Assembly: GCA_052426225.1 (NCBI GenBank) | Contig: JBNJNM010000021.1 | Span: 806,001 to 870,000, forward strand | Reading direction: 5' to 3' | DNA from: Zancudomyces culisetae HAW-14-8 | Taxonomy: Eukaryota > Fungi > Kickxellomycota | Length of the DNA: 64,000 nucleotides | Shown here: positions 59,852 through 64,000 of the stretch, piece after piece | Layout: each line of letters opens with the position of its first letter | Position numbering within the stretch: the stretch's first letter is position 1 | Notes under the pieces: model-generated | What the model was told of the DNA's origin: nothing | What the model saw: only the letters and a program-made list of their open reading frames with translations | The model's database searches: none | Translations under genes and position numbers: made by a program

Positions 59852-62128
59852 CTTATTCACCAACCCCGTTTTCTCTTAATCGTTTTTTCTTTATTTATAT
59901 CCTAGATTTTCTATTTTGTCGTGTTTCTCGTCCCAACTCATATGCTCTTTGTATTGGCTCTCTACTTCCAACTTTTATTATTCGGTCGCTTGACTTTTCC
60001 CTAGCTTTATCACAACTATTTGTGCTATCAAAACAATAAAGATATCAGATTTTAAAAATGTACTTGAAGAATTTTGGTCTCTCGCTCCCTCCTTTTTGTG
60101 CTTTCTTTTCTCTTTTTTTTTCAATGAAAATCCTATTAAGTCAATATTATATCAGTTAATAATTGTTTCCAATCCACTCTCGCAAAACTTACTAAAATCA
60201 AATATGTATGTGTATTATATGAATATATATATACGTGTACAGCCTTTTAAGTACCCTATCTACGTATACACCAGAAGTATACCTACCCTTTTTTTTATAT
60301 CAAGAAATCAACCTGTGTGTTCGAGTGTCAAAAAAAAAAGACTAGGTCAAATTTGAAAATTCGTGCTCAGATCCTGAAAATCAAAATGATCAACGTTAAG
60401 TATTGGAACGAAGCTTATTTATGTGAAGAGTGCAACGAATTTCAATTGTGAATGTTCACCTGTTTCCTAGCACACACTCTGTTGTTGTTTTTTCTTCGAT
60501 AAATATTATCGACTATATAGTATGAGTGCTTGTCTTTTTTCTTGTTTTTTTTTCCACCACCCCTGCCTCAAATGACTGATCCGCAAAGTTTTCTCGAATT
60601 GCTTTTTTATATTATATTTTCTCCGTTTATAAGAAAATTTCCAAAAGATTAAAGCCTAATTGCGTCTTCCAACTTTCAATTCGGAATTTTTTTGGCTTTA
60701 AAAATCGATTCGAAAACTCCAAAGTGATGTTAATTGTTGAAGCTGTGTGGTATATTGAGATATTACGCACTGTTGGTGTCTTTTTAACAAAATACTCTAG
60801 TTATTCGTTTTTTTTTATTACTTTTTTTCAACAAGTTTTGTTTTATTATTGCTCTCGGTATATTTTTGATAATAAATTATCGGGTTTATTGGGATTTTTG
60901 TAATATCCCATTAATGTATAATAATGTGCCCCTTTACAAGATTTGTAATTTCATCACAATAAACTACAATCTTGGAATTTTGGCTCTTGGTGGTAAAAAA
61001 AGTACAAAAAAATAAAACGTGATTATTTTTTTCAGCTACAAAAAATCATGTATTTTTGGTGCAGATGGTTTTTACAATGATGTTATTGGGTACAACTCTT
61101 CATCAAGCGTAGGTATTACACTTGTATTTTTATCTTCATGTGTGATTAACTGTGTAAATGAGGGCTTTCTATTGGAAAGTAAAATGTGGATATGAGCATG
61201 AGTATTTTTTTTTTGACCAGTTCTTTTAAATAAAAGAATTTTACAAAGGAATATAAAAATGTCCTGCTTTTTTTTTAATACATTTTTTCACTGTTAAGAT
61301 TATAGGCCAAGCAACCATCATTCATTTTTTTAGCGCTTTTTTACTGGGTTTCTTTAATTTTTACAATTTCTTGTAAAAGCTAAAACAAGAAAAAATAATA
61401 ATAATAATAAAAATGTAAAGATACACAAATTCACAAATACACAAATGCATGATAACAAAAAAAATAAAAGTAGGTGCATATGGCTATTTTTCGAAATAGA
61501 TTTAGTTTATCTCTTGTAAATACATTTGAAATAGATGAATTGCCCCTGTTCAGAAAGAGGTTGCCAAAATCCGATTAGGTATGGGCAAAAGTTTATGCTA
61601 AAATGAAATAATTATTACAAAACGACCTTGAATCATTCGCATTAGCAAGGCTATTTTATGACTTGAACTTTTCTAGTATGCAAAAATAAAAAATAAAATT
61701 GCTGTTTTTAGATAATCCCGTAAATTTGCTTTGTTTATGTTTAATTTTAATTTTAATTAATTTAATTCATTATTAAACTCTATTAGCTAAATGTTTAATT
61801 CACTATACTTGTTTTTAGGGAAAAAAAAAATTATTTCCCATTATCTTCATCATTATTTCGCCCCCATCCCCAGTTTACTTTTTTTATTTTTATTTTATTT
61901 TATTACTGGTAACTTTGTTTTTAAATACTTTTATTTACATTTGGAAGCGTGCCTACCCAAACTTTTGCGCTGTTATTTTGGCTTAACTTGTGGTTTCACC
62001 AGTGACCACACTTTTGTTCCAATGTTCCCAAGTTTGACTGATTTATTCATCTTGTGCCTGTGTGTGTTTGTATGAATGTACCTATAAATGTATGTATGAA
62101 TACATGCTTGTGTCTGTTCTTGTGTGCA

Positions 62129-62171
<43 letters not shown>

Positions 62172-62176
62172 GTGTG
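62129..62176. repeat. (TGTGTA)n microsatellite
   Basis: Read directly; source of the (CV)n and (YT)n pseudo-ORFs. Confidence 0.92.
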
Positions 62177-63639
62177 ATTTCTTTTCTTTCTACTCATTCT
62201 TTAAAAAAGAAGTCTGGAATGTGTAGTGATGTCTGATTGGTAAACAACTAACATTATCATTAACTAATTTGCCTTCAAGACGATGTTTATTTTCAACTAA
62301 ACATTTACATTAAAATAAACAAATTAAGATGAAATGTACTAGAGCCATTAAAAAGGTCATGATCTGTTTATTTTTAATCAGTCCATACTCACGTCAACAT
62401 ACCCGCATATTCCTAAAATCAGCAACCACTCCGTTGTACGTCCCTTTGATGCAAATAATGATTTTTCTCTTTCCTTTTTTTTTCACGTCACTTGAGTCAT
62501 AGCAAGTCTTTACTTCTTTTCTTTTGTTAAAAACACGTCTTTTGTTTATTTTTTGTGTTAAGAGCTGGTGTTCTATATGCTACTGGTTTCAATAAGTCAT
62601 AATTTAATTTAGTTCAATATCTAAAGAGCGCAGTTGCCCAATGAAAAGTAAAGTATGTCATATTATCTAAATAAAAAGAATCCACAAAAAAGTACATTCA
62701 AATAAATACCAGATTAAAACAAAAGAAGAGCGCCTGGACAAGTGTCCTGTAATCGAATCTGGTTCTCTCTTTAAAAGTAGACAGCAGGGGTTTTTTGTTT
62801 TTTGTTTTTCCTTTTTTGTTTTTCGTTTTTCGTTTTTCGTTTTTCGTTTACCCGAAACTTTTACACAAGATAGCTGATGTACCACGTGTTAAGTTCTATT
62901 TCTTACCTTGTATAAAGGAAGCTTCTATAGCTTCACTATTCTACAATAATATACCGAAAAAATGGTTAGATAAATACTTTTTTTCTTCTTTTTTTTTGCA
63001 CCTAGAACAAATTGCAATATTACTGTGGACATGACGTATTGTATATCTCCATAACAGGTTATTCATTTTGATCACACACTTTACCTCCTAAAGGTCAACA
63101 GTTCATTTATATGTACATACGTATACATATACATATAGACTGTGATCAGAGTCTTGCACTTTTGATACACAGCACTTTGTATATATGCAGCTGCCACATC
63201 ATTTCTATTTATAACCTTCGACTTCCTCAATCCAGGTTAATAATTTGTTGGTTCATGAAGGTTGTCCGCCACCTTAAAGCTCAGTAAAAATACTCGTGCA
63301 ATAATAGTTCACTAAACGCAGGGTCAGTAAGCCACTTTTGTAGTAAAAGAAAATTCAGAAATGTTAGCAATTAAAATGACCTCCAAAGTTATATGTTGTG
63401 GTTGCTTTCTTTATCATTCGATGTATCACTCATGGTTTGGAGAAAGAAAAAATCGTTTTTATATGATATATATGGTCCAAAGTGAAATGATAAATCTAAA
63501 TCCATTGACTTTGTCTATAAACACAGTTACTACAAAAAACGCAATATGTGATAATTAAGATCCAACAACTCTGATAAAAAAAATGCAAAAGGAATAAAAA
63601 TTAAGCAAGTCAGGAGAGAGAGAGAGAGAGAAGAGAGCT

Positions 63640-64000
63640 TCAGTTGAACAAAAAGTTCAAGTTTTGAATCCTATTCCTGCTTGAAGTACCACTACCAAAG
63701 GCATTATCAATACTAAAGTTATTAAGTTCGTCAGGTAAGAGGTTCAGCTCAGGGATCATATCGCTGATTCCACCATAACTACCATTGCTTTCAACATTAC
63801 TGTTGTCTGCAGTCGATGCTTCCAAGGAAGATGATTGATGCTTTGTGTCTATATTTCGGTCAGAATCCTTCAGTGATACATTTGCAATCTTTGCTTTTCT
63901 CTGTTGCAACACTAGGATTTTTTCCTCAATAGATTTGCGAATCATGTATCGATAAACATAAACTTGTTTGGTTTGGCCAATACGATGAATTCTATCAATT
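63640..64000 (-). CDS. 3' end of a SNF2-family helicase (Rad5/Rad16-like), truncated by the window edge
   Basis: Frame is open to the window end: IDRIHRIGQTKQVYVYRYMIRKSIEEKILVLQQRK (helicase motif VI plus brace). Confidence 0.88.
   Translation of the reverse strand, partial: IDRIHRIGQTKQVYVYRYMIRKSIEEKILVLQQRKAKIANVSLKDSDRNIDTKHQSSSLEASTADNSNVESNGSYGGISDMIPELNLLPDELNNFSIDNAFGSGTSSRNRIQNLNFLFN

Overview
AT-rich eukaryotic genomic DNA with short GT-AG introns and CTAAC/TTAAC-like branch points. The proteins are fungal-like; an early-diverging fungus (possibly Kickxellomycotina/Harpellales) is my inference from protein style, not proven. I reconstruct 19 complete and 1 partial protein-coding genes, 10 of them spliced by hand with phases and total lengths checked: Rqt4/TRIP4, eIF3b, enoyl-CoA hydratase, a probably GPI-anchored S1 protease, glutathione peroxidase, a Cid1-family nucleotidyltransferase, Cbp6, an Efm2-like methyltransferase, a Cdc11-like septin, Vps54, Ccs1, a Ych1/Acr2-like phosphatase, pyruvate kinase, a triple-SH3 adaptor, a Spt23/Mga2-like factor, an RNF181-like E3, a TM-RING E3, Sec12, casein kinase I and the 3' end of a SNF2 helicase. 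No tRNA, rRNA, CRISPR array, intact transposon or biosynthetic cluster was seen, and I cannot support a multi-gene novel system. The best leads are: a SECIS-like hairpin behind a Cys-GPx that lacks its resolving Cys, a CIN85/CD2AP-like adaptor, a Spt23/Mga2 homolog with no membrane anchor, a PTS1-like tail on Ccs1, a possibly mitochondrial RNA-tailing enzyme, G-quadruplex-type promoter tracts, and G/C strand-skew switches inside long genes.
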